A stretch of DNA of 24,000 bases from Ectobacillus panaciterrae DSM 19096 (GTDB taxonomy: Bacteria > Bacillota > Bacilli > Bacillales > Bacillaceae_G). The notes below the pieces were generated by a model. It saw only the letters and a program-made list of their open reading frames with translations. It was not told the DNA's origin and made no database searches. The DNA lies in NCBI RefSeq assembly GCF_000430785.1, contig NZ_KE387247.1, forward strand, positions 86,301 to 110,300, in the 5' to 3' direction. The translations under genes and the position numbers were made by a program. Shown one piece after another: positions 15,007-22,829 of the stretch. Position 1 is the first letter of the stretch. Each line of letters opens with the position of its first letter.

Positions 15007-15035
15007 AAAGAGAGTGATGAGCGCTCTCTTTTAAT
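15007..15035 (+). terminator. Terminator/attenuator-like hairpin in the kinase leader
   Basis: AAAGAGAGTG (15007-15016) pairs with CGCTCTCTTT (15022-15031) across the 5-nt loop ATGAG, including one G-U pair, followed by TTAAT. It sits 30 nt before the kinase start codon. Confidence 0.35.
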
Positions 15036-15064
15036 ACGAAAAAGAACATTAAGGATGAAAAAAT

Positions 15065-16507
15065 GTGTCGATTAAAACAAGGTTTTTGTTGTCTTATATC
15101 GCAGTTATATGTATTTCAATCATGTTGTTGTTTGCTGCCGGCTTTCTGATTCTTTTTACAATGACGGGAGATGTAAAATCCGTCCAGTATTTTTATAAGA
15201 ATTCGTATACGAATAAGCCCTTGACGGAAGCTGAAGAGAACGCGTTTCTTGATTTGAAGCTGCTGGCTAAACATACGCCGGAACAATTGCTGGACGAGAA
15301 GCAGCTGCAGGAAAAGAAAGGGACAGAAATTGTAATACGAAAAGGCAAGTCCATCGTATATGCATCTCCTTCCTTGAATAAAGAAGCATTGGCAAAATCT
15401 CTTCCTGCTTTTGAAGAGGCGAATATTAATACACGCGATACGATTCAAATGGATAACTCTTTTTTCACGTATGTGAAATTCGATTTTTATTTTTCTGATA
15501 AAGAGGAAGGAAGTATGTTTGTTTTACGCAAAGTAAGTTCTTATACGGAACTGGTCCGAAACCTATTCCCGATTCTGTTCGGCTTACTGCTGCTTTTACT
15601 TGTGATTACACTTGGTGTCGTGAACTATATCGTTTCACGCAGCGTTATCAAACCTCTCAATGTTCTGAAGCATGGAACGGAACGAATTAAGGAAGGGGAC
15701 TTGGACTTTCAGCTGCGGCCGCATTCAGGAGATGAAGTGGGACAGCTTACCCAATCGTTCGAGGATATGAGAAAGAGGTTGAAAGAATCCGTGGAAGTGC
15801 AGATTCAATACGAAGAAAACCGAAAGGAGCTTCTTTCCAACATTTCTCATGATTTGAAAACGCCCATCACTTCCATTTTAGGGTATGTAGAGGGAATACG
15901 GGACGGCGTGGCAAATACGCCGGAGAAGATAGACAAGTATTTAACGACAGTGTATACAAAAGCAAAAGACTTGGACTCGCTCATAGAGGAATTGTTTCTG
16001 TTTTCCAAGCTGGATTTGCAAAAAGTCCCTTTTGCGTTTGAAATGGTAAACCTTGTGCAATATATGCGGGACTATGTGGAAGAGCTGCAGCTCGATTTAC
16101 AGGACCAAGGAATAGAAGTGACATTGAAGCCCTCTTATCTTCATGTGATGTATGTAGAGATGGATCGTGAGAAGATAAAACGAGTGTTGTCGAATCTGAT
16201 AAATAATAGTGTAAAATATATGGATAAAGAGCATAAAAGCATAGACATCGTTTTAACCGATCGGCAACATTACGTCACTGTACAGGTGACGGATAATGGT
16301 CCGGGCATCGACGAAGCGGCGCTGCCGTATTTTTATCGTGCGGAGCGTTCACGAAGCAAGCATACGGGCGGAAGCGGTCTCGGCCTCGCGATTGCCAAAC
16401 AAATCGTTCAAGGGCACGGGGGAACAATCAGTGTCAGCAGTGAAACAGGAGCAGGGACGACCATCTTCTTTTCCTTACCGAAAGCAGAGACGGGGGATGT
16501 AAAGTGA
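15065..16507 (+). CDS. Sensor histidine kinase (two TM segments, extracytoplasmic domain, HAMP, HisKA, HATPase_c)
   Basis: GTG start. TM1 FLLSYIAVICISIMLLFAAGFLILF, TM2 LFPILFGLLLLLLVITLGVVNYIV. HAMP region (PLNVLKHGTERIKEGDL...). H-box SHDLKTPIT, N-box LINNSVKY, G-boxes DNGPGI and GGSGLGLAI. The segment between G1 and FYR (DEAALPY) is 4 residues shorter than the usual ..LP.IFERFYR. Confidence 0.9.
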   Translation: MSIKTRFLLSYIAVICISIMLLFAAGFLILFTMTGDVKSVQYFYKNSYTNKPLTEAEENAFLDLKLLAKHTPEQLLDEKQLQEKKGTEIVIRKGKSIVYASPSLNKEALAKSLPAFEEANINTRDTIQMDNSFFTYVKFDFYFSDKEEGSMFVLRKVSSYTELVRNLFPILFGLLLLLLVITLGVVNYIVSRSVIKPLNVLKHGTERIKEGDLDFQLRPHSGDEVGQLTQSFEDMRKRLKESVEVQIQYEENRKELLSNISHDLKTPITSILGYVEGIRDGVANTPEKIDKYLTTVYTKAKDLDSLIEELFLFSKLDLQKVPFAFEMVNLVQYMRDYVEELQLDLQDQGIEVTLKPSYLHVMYVEMDREKIKRVLSNLINNSVKYMDKEHKSIDIVLTDRQHYVTVQVTDNGPGIDEAALPYFYRAERSRSKHTGGSGLGLAIAKQIVQGHGGTISVSSETGAGTTIFFSLPKAETGDVK

Positions 16508-17190
16508 AAAGGATATTGATTGTAGAAGACGAAGTTAGTATTGCCGAATTGCAGCGGGATTATTTGGAAATCAATGGATTATATGTGGATATGGAATCAT
16601 CCGGAAAAGCAGGGCTTGATCGTGTTTTGCATGAAGGATACGATCTTATCATATTGGACATCATGCTTCCGGAGATAAACGGATTTGAAATCTGCAAGAA
16701 AATACGCGCGGTCACCAATGTGCCCATTTTGCTCGTATCCGCCAAAAAAGAAGAGATCGATAAAATTCGCGGTCTTGGTCTGGGGGCAGACGATTATATT
16801 ACAAAGCCGTTTAGCCCGAGCGAGCTTGTCGCACGAGTGAAAGCGCATCTGGCGCGTTACGAGCGGCTCGCGGGCAGTCGTTCCTCCCAAAATACGATAT
16901 ACGTGCATGGAATTTCTATTGATAAGGCGGCGCGCCGGGTGTATATCAATGATAAAGAAGTAATCTTCACCACAAAGGAATTTGATTTATTGACATTCCT
17001 TGTTATGCATCCGAATCAAGTATTGAGCAAGGAGCAATTATTCGAAAACATCTGGGGGTTCGATTCAGCCGGAGATGTATCTACTGTAACGGTTCATGTT
17101 CGTAAGTTGAGAGAAAAAATAGAAAGAGATCCGGCAAATCCACAATATTTAGAAACGGTTTGGGGAGCCGGCTACCGTTTCAATATATGA
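16504..17190 (+). CDS. OmpR/PhoB-family response regulator
   Basis: The GTG overlaps the kinase stop (GTGA), suggesting translational coupling. The receiver domain has EDE, a phospho-acceptor context LIILDIMLP, and KPF. The C-terminal winged helix ends ..LETVWGAGYRF. Confidence 0.92.
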   Translation: MKRILIVEDEVSIAELQRDYLEINGLYVDMESSGKAGLDRVLHEGYDLIILDIMLPEINGFEICKKIRAVTNVPILLVSAKKEEIDKIRGLGLGADDYITKPFSPSELVARVKAHLARYERLAGSRSSQNTIYVHGISIDKAARRVYINDKEVIFTTKEFDLLTFLVMHPNQVLSKEQLFENIWGFDSAGDVSTVTVHVRKLREKIERDPANPQYLETVWGAGYRFNI

Positions 17191-17198
17191 CCAAGTAT

Positions 17199-17231
17199 AA
17201 AATCCTGCCGTTAAAGAGGCAGGATTTTTTT
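17199..17231 (+). terminator. Rho-independent terminator after the response regulator gene
   Basis: AAAATCCTGCC (17199-17209) pairs with GGCAGGATTTT (17218-17228) and is followed by a T-run. Confidence 0.85.
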
Positions 17232-17264
17232 ATAAGAAAAGTTTTCAGCTTTGTTTATAGTTTT

Positions 17265-17307
17265 TTAAGAAATGCTTTAGAGGGAGTTTAGACATGTCCG
17301 ATAAGAT
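17265..17307 (+). promoter_or_regulatory. Phased-hexamer box plus -10 element, site 2 (upstream of the secreted-protein gene)
   Basis: TTAAGA (17265), TTTAGA (17276) and TTTAGA (17287) are spaced 11 bp apart. TAAGAT (17302-17307) starts 15 nt after the start of the third hexamer. It lies 41 nt upstream of ATG 17348. Confidence 0.5.
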
Positions 17308-17347
17308 GAAGTCATGAAAGAAAGCAACCATAAAGGAGAGAAATATA

Positions 17348-18415
17348 ATGAAGCAAAAGAAAAAATTATTGTCTTATGTAGTGTTGACTACGGCTCTTAC
17401 TACTGGATGGGCTTTATACTCTGATGCAGGACAAGCGTATGCAGCTTCGGAAAGCAAAGTGGAATTGCAAACAGCAAAATCCGATACGATTCGTGTCGTG
17501 AAGTTCAATAAATTGAATCCTATCGCATTGGAAATTACGTTCTCTAAACCGATTCCGCAAGAAGATTTGATCTTAAATCAAGCACAGAAAAACTTCGTGT
17601 TCAGTAACGGACTAAAGCTTACGAATGTACCGCAATTAAAAACGGGAGCTGAATCCACTTATATCGTTCCGGTTTCAGTACAAAAGCCGGGAGAGAAATA
17701 TACGCTAACGTATAAAGGAAAGAAAATGCGCACATTTACAGGAAGCAGAGACAAGTTGAAATTGAGTTCAGTGAAACAAGTGACGAATGATACATTCGAA
17801 TTGGAATCATTCCGTTCCAACGGTATCCTTGACTACCAATATGTCGTAGCCGCCGATGCCGAAAAAATGGGGAATCTTGCAGTGACCCTTGATAAACACA
17901 ATAGATATAACGGTGTTCGTTATGATATCATCCCGTCTCTAAGAGATCAAAAAGTAACAATCACTCCGGAAGGCGGAGAACCGATGACAGCCAGCTACGT
18001 ACCATTTACGCAGGCCACTGACGGCAGACAGGCTCCGAAATTCCGTTTGCCTCAAGGCCAAACATTAAAACTGGGCACAAAATACACAGTAATGGCTGAC
18101 TGGGCGATTGTGGAGAAACAGACGTTCATAGCGGCAGATGTAGCACCTCTAGTTATTTCATCAGCCAAGCAGGCAGGTCCTGCAAGTGTTGAAGTCACTT
18201 TGTCGCAAGATCCGAAAGATGAACTGTTCGCTCTTCGTCAAATCAAGTTGACAGCGGAAGACGGCTCAGAACTTCTTGCACAATACAAATTCACATCCCG
18301 CAAAGGCGCTTCCGGTACATTCGATATACTGAATAACAGCGCTTTAAAACCAGGAACAGCATACAAAGTAGAACCGATCGGCGGCTGGGCCGAGGCGGCA
18401 AACGTTACATTGTAG
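17348..18415 (+). CDS. Secreted protein of unknown function with Ig-like beta-rich modules
   Basis: AAAGGAGAG Shine-Dalgarno. Signal peptide MKQKKKLLSYVVLTTALTTGWALYSDAGQAYA/AS. The N- and C-terminal segments resemble each other (..ALEITFSKPIPQEDL.. versus ..SVEVTLSQDPKDEL..). I recall no family match. Confidence 0.8.
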   Translation: MKQKKKLLSYVVLTTALTTGWALYSDAGQAYAASESKVELQTAKSDTIRVVKFNKLNPIALEITFSKPIPQEDLILNQAQKNFVFSNGLKLTNVPQLKTGAESTYIVPVSVQKPGEKYTLTYKGKKMRTFTGSRDKLKLSSVKQVTNDTFELESFRSNGILDYQYVVAADAEKMGNLAVTLDKHNRYNGVRYDIIPSLRDQKVTITPEGGEPMTASYVPFTQATDGRQAPKFRLPQGQTLKLGTKYTVMADWAIVEKQTFIAADVAPLVISSAKQAGPASVEVTLSQDPKDELFALRQIKLTAEDGSELLAQYKFTSRKGASGTFDILNNSALKPGTAYKVEPIGGWAEAANVTL

Positions 18416-18454
18416 ACGAATTAAACATACGCTTGACGCTACTATTACTATAAA

Positions 18455-18486
18455 AGGAAAGCCTTGTTTCAAGGGCTTTCCTCTTT
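18455..18486 (+). terminator. Terminator hairpin after the secreted-protein gene
   Basis: AGGAAAGCCTTG pairs with CAAGGGCTTTCCT (12 bp with one bulge) and is followed by CTTT. Confidence 0.65.
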
Positions 18487-18754
18487 ACGCTATTGAGAGA
18501 AAACGAGTTTTAAGGAGATTGAATTTATTCTTGAATCTCATTATGAATTTTAATAGAGAATGAAATGCGGGGATATTTACGCAAGACGATGAATGAAGAG
18601 GCAGTCATGTAGAATGCTGTGAAGAGGCATAGAACTGAAGATAGTCCAAGTTGTTTATGAAACATGATATTTTCTTTACATATTCTATTTATAAATGAGG
18701 AAATTATAAAAGAATGTTCATGACATGCATGCAATGTACAGCTATAGCTGTATA

Positions 18755-18786
18755 TAAAAAAAGCCTCCGCATCGGAGACTTTTTTA
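18755..18786. terminator. Bidirectional terminator
   Basis: AAAAAAAGCCTCCGCATCGGAGACTTTTTTT: an 8-bp stem (one G-U pair) with a 3-nt loop, flanked by an A-run and a T-run. It begins at the stop codon of the minus-strand 96-aa gene. Confidence 0.7.
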
Positions 18787-19074
18787 ATATTGATCCATAA
18801 CCAACTTTTGATCCAAAAGAAAATGGAGAAACTCTTCAATTTTAGGAATATCCTCCGGTACGATACCAAGTTTCGGAGCCCAATAGCTTGAATGTTCAAT
18901 GTCCTCGCTGCAAAGCAGCGCCATGCGCTCGCTTTGTATGGAAATGACCATTGCTTTTCCGAGAAAATGCGAGGAGTAAATGACCGATAAATCATAGCGG
19001 TGATTGCCGGCGGCGATACAAAAATAGTGGATATTTTGCTTTTCTCTTTCTTCTGACAAGATTTCGAAATTCAT
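18784..19074 (-). CDS. Hypothetical 96-aa cytoplasmic protein
   Basis: A strong AAAGGAGTGG Shine-Dalgarno lies 4 nt before the ATG, and a terminator follows immediately. I recognise no family. Confidence 0.65.
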   Translation of the reverse strand: MNFEILSEEREKQNIHYFCIAAGNHRYDLSVIYSSHFLGKAMVISIQSERMALLCSEDIEHSSYWAPKLGIVPEDIPKIEEFLHFLLDQKLVMDQY

Positions 19075-19361
19075 ATTTTACCACTCCTTTTCTACACTTT
19101 TTTGTGACAGAGGATGATCCTGGCAGATGCCCGTTCCCTCTCATGATCATCCCTTTGTTAAAACAATGGGTTAACGGCGTCTATTCGCAAGTGTATGCGC
19201 GAGCGGCTTCATAGGTGTATAAATACATTCGGCACAAGATACATCAGATTCCTGCTTTGTAACAAAATTAGAATATATAGGGGATAGGGAGAATTCTGCT
19301 CAAGCGTACATAAAAGGTGCATAAAAGGGAGAAAATACTCTGAAACGAAAGGAGTGTGTTT

Positions 19362-19691
19362 ATGCATAAATTAATCAATACGACATTTATTATCTTATTT
19401 ACCACACTGACAGTAGGATTGATTCCGGTCCATGCAGAAACGGCCAATACAAACCAGGAACAACCGGCTGTTCAATTGACAGAGAAACAGAAAAAGGAGT
19501 TATCGGCTCTGCATAAGGAAATTTTGGCGAAGAAAAAAGAAGTCATTTCAAAATATGTGGAATATGGAGTTATGCCGAAAGAAAAAGGCGACAAAATTAT
19601 TTCGCATATGGAAGAGCACTATGCGAAGCTTGAGGAAAACGGTTTCGTCATGAAAAGAGAAAGACATAAGCATAGACATTGGGAGCGTTAG
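19362..19691 (+). CDS. YckD-like secreted protein (DUF2680 family)
   Basis: ATG 19362 lies 7 nt after an AAAGGAG Shine-Dalgarno. It has a signal peptide, then LTEKQKKELSALHKEILAKKKEVISKYVEYGVMPKEKGDKIISHMEEHY...NGF and a His/Lys-rich tail. This is closely parallel to B. subtilis YckD as I recall it. Confidence 0.8.
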   Translation: MHKLINTTFIILFTTLTVGLIPVHAETANTNQEQPAVQLTEKQKKELSALHKEILAKKKEVISKYVEYGVMPKEKGDKIISHMEEHYAKLEENGFVMKRERHKHRHWER

Positions 19692-19696
19692 ACAGT

Positions 19697-19738
19697 GAGA
19701 AAAGCTCAGATAAAGGAATCTGAGCTTTTCTTTTTTTC
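19697..19738 (+). terminator. Rho-independent terminator
   Basis: GAGAAAAGCTCAGA (19697-19710) pairs with TCTGAGCTTTTC (19719-19730) and is followed by a T7 run. Confidence 0.85.
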
Positions 19739-19950
19739 TGGGTATTCAAATTATCATTCCGTAGCGATTTGGTTTTCAAATATTGAATGGGACTGAAACA
19801 AAATGATTGTAATTTTATGATTTTATATATACAGATTTAACTTTGGTGAAATTTTCATATTGGTAAGGATAGCAGCCTAAACTTTTGGCTATTGTCCTGA
19901 ATAAGGTGATTAAGAATAGAGTATTAAAAAATGAAGGGAGAGAAGTATAC

Positions 19951-20220
19951 ATGATCGATGAGCGTATTATCGGAGGGTTTGGCGGTCCGTTTTTCGGAGG
20001 ATTTGGCCGTCCGTTTTTCGGAGGGTTCGGTCGTCCATTTTTTGGGTTTGGTCGTCCATTTTTTGGAGGATTCGGTTTTCCATTTTTTGCAGGGTTAACA
20101 GCGGGAGCTTTACTTACGCCTGGTTTTGGATACGGTTATCCTTACCCGGCACCGTATCCATGTCCATATCCATCTCCTTATGGCTGTCCATATCCTTATT
20201 CGTATGGTTATGGTTATTAA
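19951..20220 (+). CDS. Small low-complexity Gly/Phe/Pro/Tyr-rich protein (spore-coat-like composition)
   Basis: ATG 19951 lies 8 nt after a GAAGGGAGAG Shine-Dalgarno. The 89-aa protein is MIDERII + five GGFG(R/G/F)PFF repeats (24-bp DNA repeats, 19972-20088) + GFGYGYPYPAPYPCPYPSPYGCPYPYSYGYGY. A clean terminator follows. Confidence 0.65.
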   Translation: MIDERIIGGFGGPFFGGFGRPFFGGFGRPFFGFGRPFFGGFGFPFFAGLTAGALLTPGFGYGYPYPAPYPCPYPSPYGCPYPYSYGYGY

Positions 20221-20281
20221 GGCGGTTTTGGGGAGAGGGAAGATTGAGGATTGTAAGACTTAAAAACTATTGTATGAAGGG

Positions 20282-20312
20282 ACACCATCTGTTAGAACAG
20301 ATGGTGTTTTTT
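20282..20312 (+). terminator. Rho-independent terminator
   Basis: ACACCATCTGTT (20282-20293) pairs with AACAGATGGTGT (20297-20308) and is followed by a T-run. Confidence 0.85.
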
Positions 20313-20575
20313 ATATGTAAATTTCATCAATTCAAAAGGTAAAGATAAAATTCCACTAAATATTCAATGTATTCATTTGCAAGTTAACGTGCATATATTT
20401 CTTAGATTACTAATATAAAAGTCTATAGACGAGCATTAATAAAATGAAGCAACTACGACTATATTCCTCTACGACATGAATTTACTTATGTATATGTTGA
20501 CTAAAAATGTCCTATGCGCCAGGTACTTTATGAAAGAAAATAGGCTCTGCTTTTTTGTGACCATGTTAAAGTCTA

Positions 20576-21313
20576 CTAAGCTCGAAAGGGAATTGTCTTA
20601 TGTACATCTTGTCTAAAGGAGGTGAGTAGAAAGGCTTTCTCTCTATAATCATGCAGTGTGTAGAGTATATCGACAGGATGGTGAAGAGAAATACTGCATG
20701 CATGATTGTCTTGAAAATAGGAATAGCCCTTGCGTCCAAGGAATGTAAATTCTAGATGATTCTCTTGTTTGCCGAATGTTCGGAAGTTGGAGATACATAG
20801 TCCCTCACTGTAGAATATGGGTTTTACATTCCCAATTCCAAAGGGTTCTAAGGCCTGGAAATCATCAAACAGATAACTACTTACCTCCAAGAGGGAAAGA
20901 CACCTATTATATGTTTTATCCGTACTAATTTGAGGTTGCCGGGGCAACATGAATTCAAGTGCGCAGTAAAATTCGTGTATACGTTGTTCACTTGGATGAG
21001 GGTATAAGCAAAATTTAGCCATTGTTGAATGAATATCATAGCGTTTAAGAGATCCACCGTATTGATGAATTACTTTTGCTACACTGGTCTTATCTCCATT
21101 TATGCTTCTTGCTACAGCTTCTCCTTCGTAGGAAATCACTACAGTCGGTCTTCGATAACATTCGGCTATACGACAAGCTATCGGGCCGAGAATTCCAATA
21201 TGAAAATCTCCGTATATGCAATGCCACTTCTCCAGGAGAATAAAGTCTTTTATATATCCTCTTGTAACTCGTCCACATCGTTTTACCTCCTTTTCGGCGA
21301 AAATATAACCCAT
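20576..21313 (-). pseudogene. RecJ-like remnant: degenerate DHHA1 and C-terminal region, with no DHH catalytic domain
   Basis: The 245-aa ORF aligns by eye with RecJ (..E.WH.GV.GIVASR..E.Y.RPT.V.S.....A.GSARSI..). Examples are FILLEKWH..GILGPIACRIAECYRRPTVVIS..GEAVARSING and PFGIGNVKPIF. The GGH.MAAG motif is degenerate (DIHSTMAKF). There is no Shine-Dalgarno, and the ~300-aa N-terminal DHH domain is missing. Confidence 0.5.
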
Positions 21314-21523
21314 AGCATTATACCATTCCAGGACTATTATTTTTAGCTTTCTAGGCAGCGTCTAAAAGCTAAGAAGAAGGATTTTTTTGGGGGTTCAGGT
21401 ATCATTGACTTTAAATCATTTCTATTTAACTAATGGAAGCGATTGATCAATTTAAGGGAACGCACTCTGGTTTGGCGTGTATAAATTTGTATTTTAGGGG
21501 ATAATTTCTCTGAGGTGACTTTA

Positions 21524-22813
21524 ATGAATCTTAAGGACTTGAAAGAAAATCATGATTTTATTCACCGTGAAGTTAAAAAGGGGAATCTAAAAATTACTCT
21601 TTTTTATCTGAAGTCACTATGCGACGAAAAAAAAATTACTTGTAATGTAATCTCAACTTTTTATGATACAGACGGAATCATTGAGTATGAAGAATATATA
21701 CGCTCATTTGAAGAATGGTCAATGATTAAAGAGGAAAAAGATGCTGTGGGAAAAATTTTCAGCGGATGCATTATAATCTTACAAAACAATAAAATGTACT
21801 CTGTTAAACTGGACAAGATTGAATCACGTCCTGTATATGAATCGACAGAAGAAAGTATTTTGCAAGGACCTAAAGACAGCTTAAATGAAAAAATGAGTAT
21901 ATCATTAAACATTATTCGCAATCGATATCGAAAAGAAACATTAAGGGCTAAAAACCACACATTAGGACAAAATTCCAAGACGAATATTATTTTGCTGTAC
22001 GATGAAAAGCTCTGTGATAAAAATGCTCTACAACACTTGAATAATAAACTAAAAGACTTAAAAGTGGATTTATTACAATCTGCGGGTCAGTTGCAAAAAT
22101 TATTGGTGGAGAGTAAGTGGTGTCCTTTTCCTTTATTTATGACAACAGAGCGACCCGACAGAGTAGTAAGAAATCTGTCTCAAGGGAAAATTGTATTTCT
22201 TATTGAAGGATCTTCATGGGTTTTACTAGGACCAGCTAGTTTCTTTGATTTTTTTAAATCTATGGATGATCATGTAGAGTTAGTCACCATAGGAAAATTT
22301 CTTATTTTTATTCGATACATAGCACTTATGATTTCACTTTTTCTTCCCGCTTTATACGTCGCCGTAATTTCTTATTCTCCAGAAATTTTAAAAGTACAAT
22401 TTGCTCTTCTAATTGCAGGAAGCAGAATAGCTGTTCCTTTTCCTTCCTACATTGAAATTATCTTTATGATGCTGATGGTAGAATTTTTATGTGAAGCTAG
22501 TATTCGTTTACCAAGAACAATTAGCCCATCCGCAACAACTGTAGGTGGCTTAATCCTCGGTCAGACAGCATCCCAAGCAGGACTAATAGGTAATGTTATG
22601 ATTATTGTAATTTCTATTGTTGCAATTTCTATTTTTGTCATTCCGGTTAATGCCATGCATCAAGCTATCCGATTCATACGATATCCATTAATTGTACTTG
22701 GAAGTTTATTTGGAACTATAGGGGTACTAATCGGAGCTTTTGCTCTTATCGCATATCTATGTAGTTTACGTAGCCTAGGTAAACCGTACATGCAGCTATT
22801 TGCTAAAAACTGA
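21524..22813 (+). CDS. Spore germination protein, GerA-family A subunit
   Basis: ATG 21524 lies 6 nt after a GAGGTG Shine-Dalgarno. The N-terminal soluble part (..DFIHREV....LKITLFYLKSLCDEKKI...) and the C-terminal multi-TM part are typical of GerAA/GerKA-type proteins. It is the first gene of an A-B-C operon. Confidence 0.88.
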   Translation: MNLKDLKENHDFIHREVKKGNLKITLFYLKSLCDEKKITCNVISTFYDTDGIIEYEEYIRSFEEWSMIKEEKDAVGKIFSGCIIILQNNKMYSVKLDKIESRPVYESTEESILQGPKDSLNEKMSISLNIIRNRYRKETLRAKNHTLGQNSKTNIILLYDEKLCDKNALQHLNNKLKDLKVDLLQSAGQLQKLLVESKWCPFPLFMTTERPDRVVRNLSQGKIVFLIEGSSWVLLGPASFFDFFKSMDDHVELVTIGKFLIFIRYIALMISLFLPALYVAVISYSPEILKVQFALLIAGSRIAVPFPSYIEIIFMMLMVEFLCEASIRLPRTISPSATTVGGLILGQTASQAGLIGNVMIIVISIVAISIFVIPVNAMHQAIRFIRYPLIVLGSLFGTIGVLIGAFALIAYLCSLRSLGKPYMQLFAKN

Positions 22814-22829
22814 TTGTAGGTGGATTTTA

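Noticed and set aside
14887-15075. 62-aa plus-strand ORF upstream of the kinase
   Set aside because: It has no Shine-Dalgarno, a Cys/Arg/Lys-rich composition with no family resemblance, and it spans a promoter -10 element and a hairpin. It is more likely non-coding leader.
18714-18788. 24-codon plus-strand sORF MFMTCMQCTAIAVYKKSLRIGDFF
   Set aside because: Its Shine-Dalgarno spacing is marginal at 12 nt and its hydrophobic stretch is too short for a TM helix. The 3' third of the frame is simply the terminator hairpin and T-run.
18525-18995. 156-aa minus-strand ORF
   Set aside because: It overlaps the better-supported 96-aa gene (strong Shine-Dalgarno, terminator) in another frame and reads through a bidirectional terminator. 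Only its distal 46 codons were kept, as a speculative finding.
21479-21506. Forespore-type (sigma-F/G-like) promoter upstream of the ger operon: GTATA ... GGGGATAATT
   Set aside because: The -10-like element fits GGnnAnAnT, but the spacer to GTATA is 13 nt, where I recall about 15. It is plausible biologically but not supported well enough to annotate.
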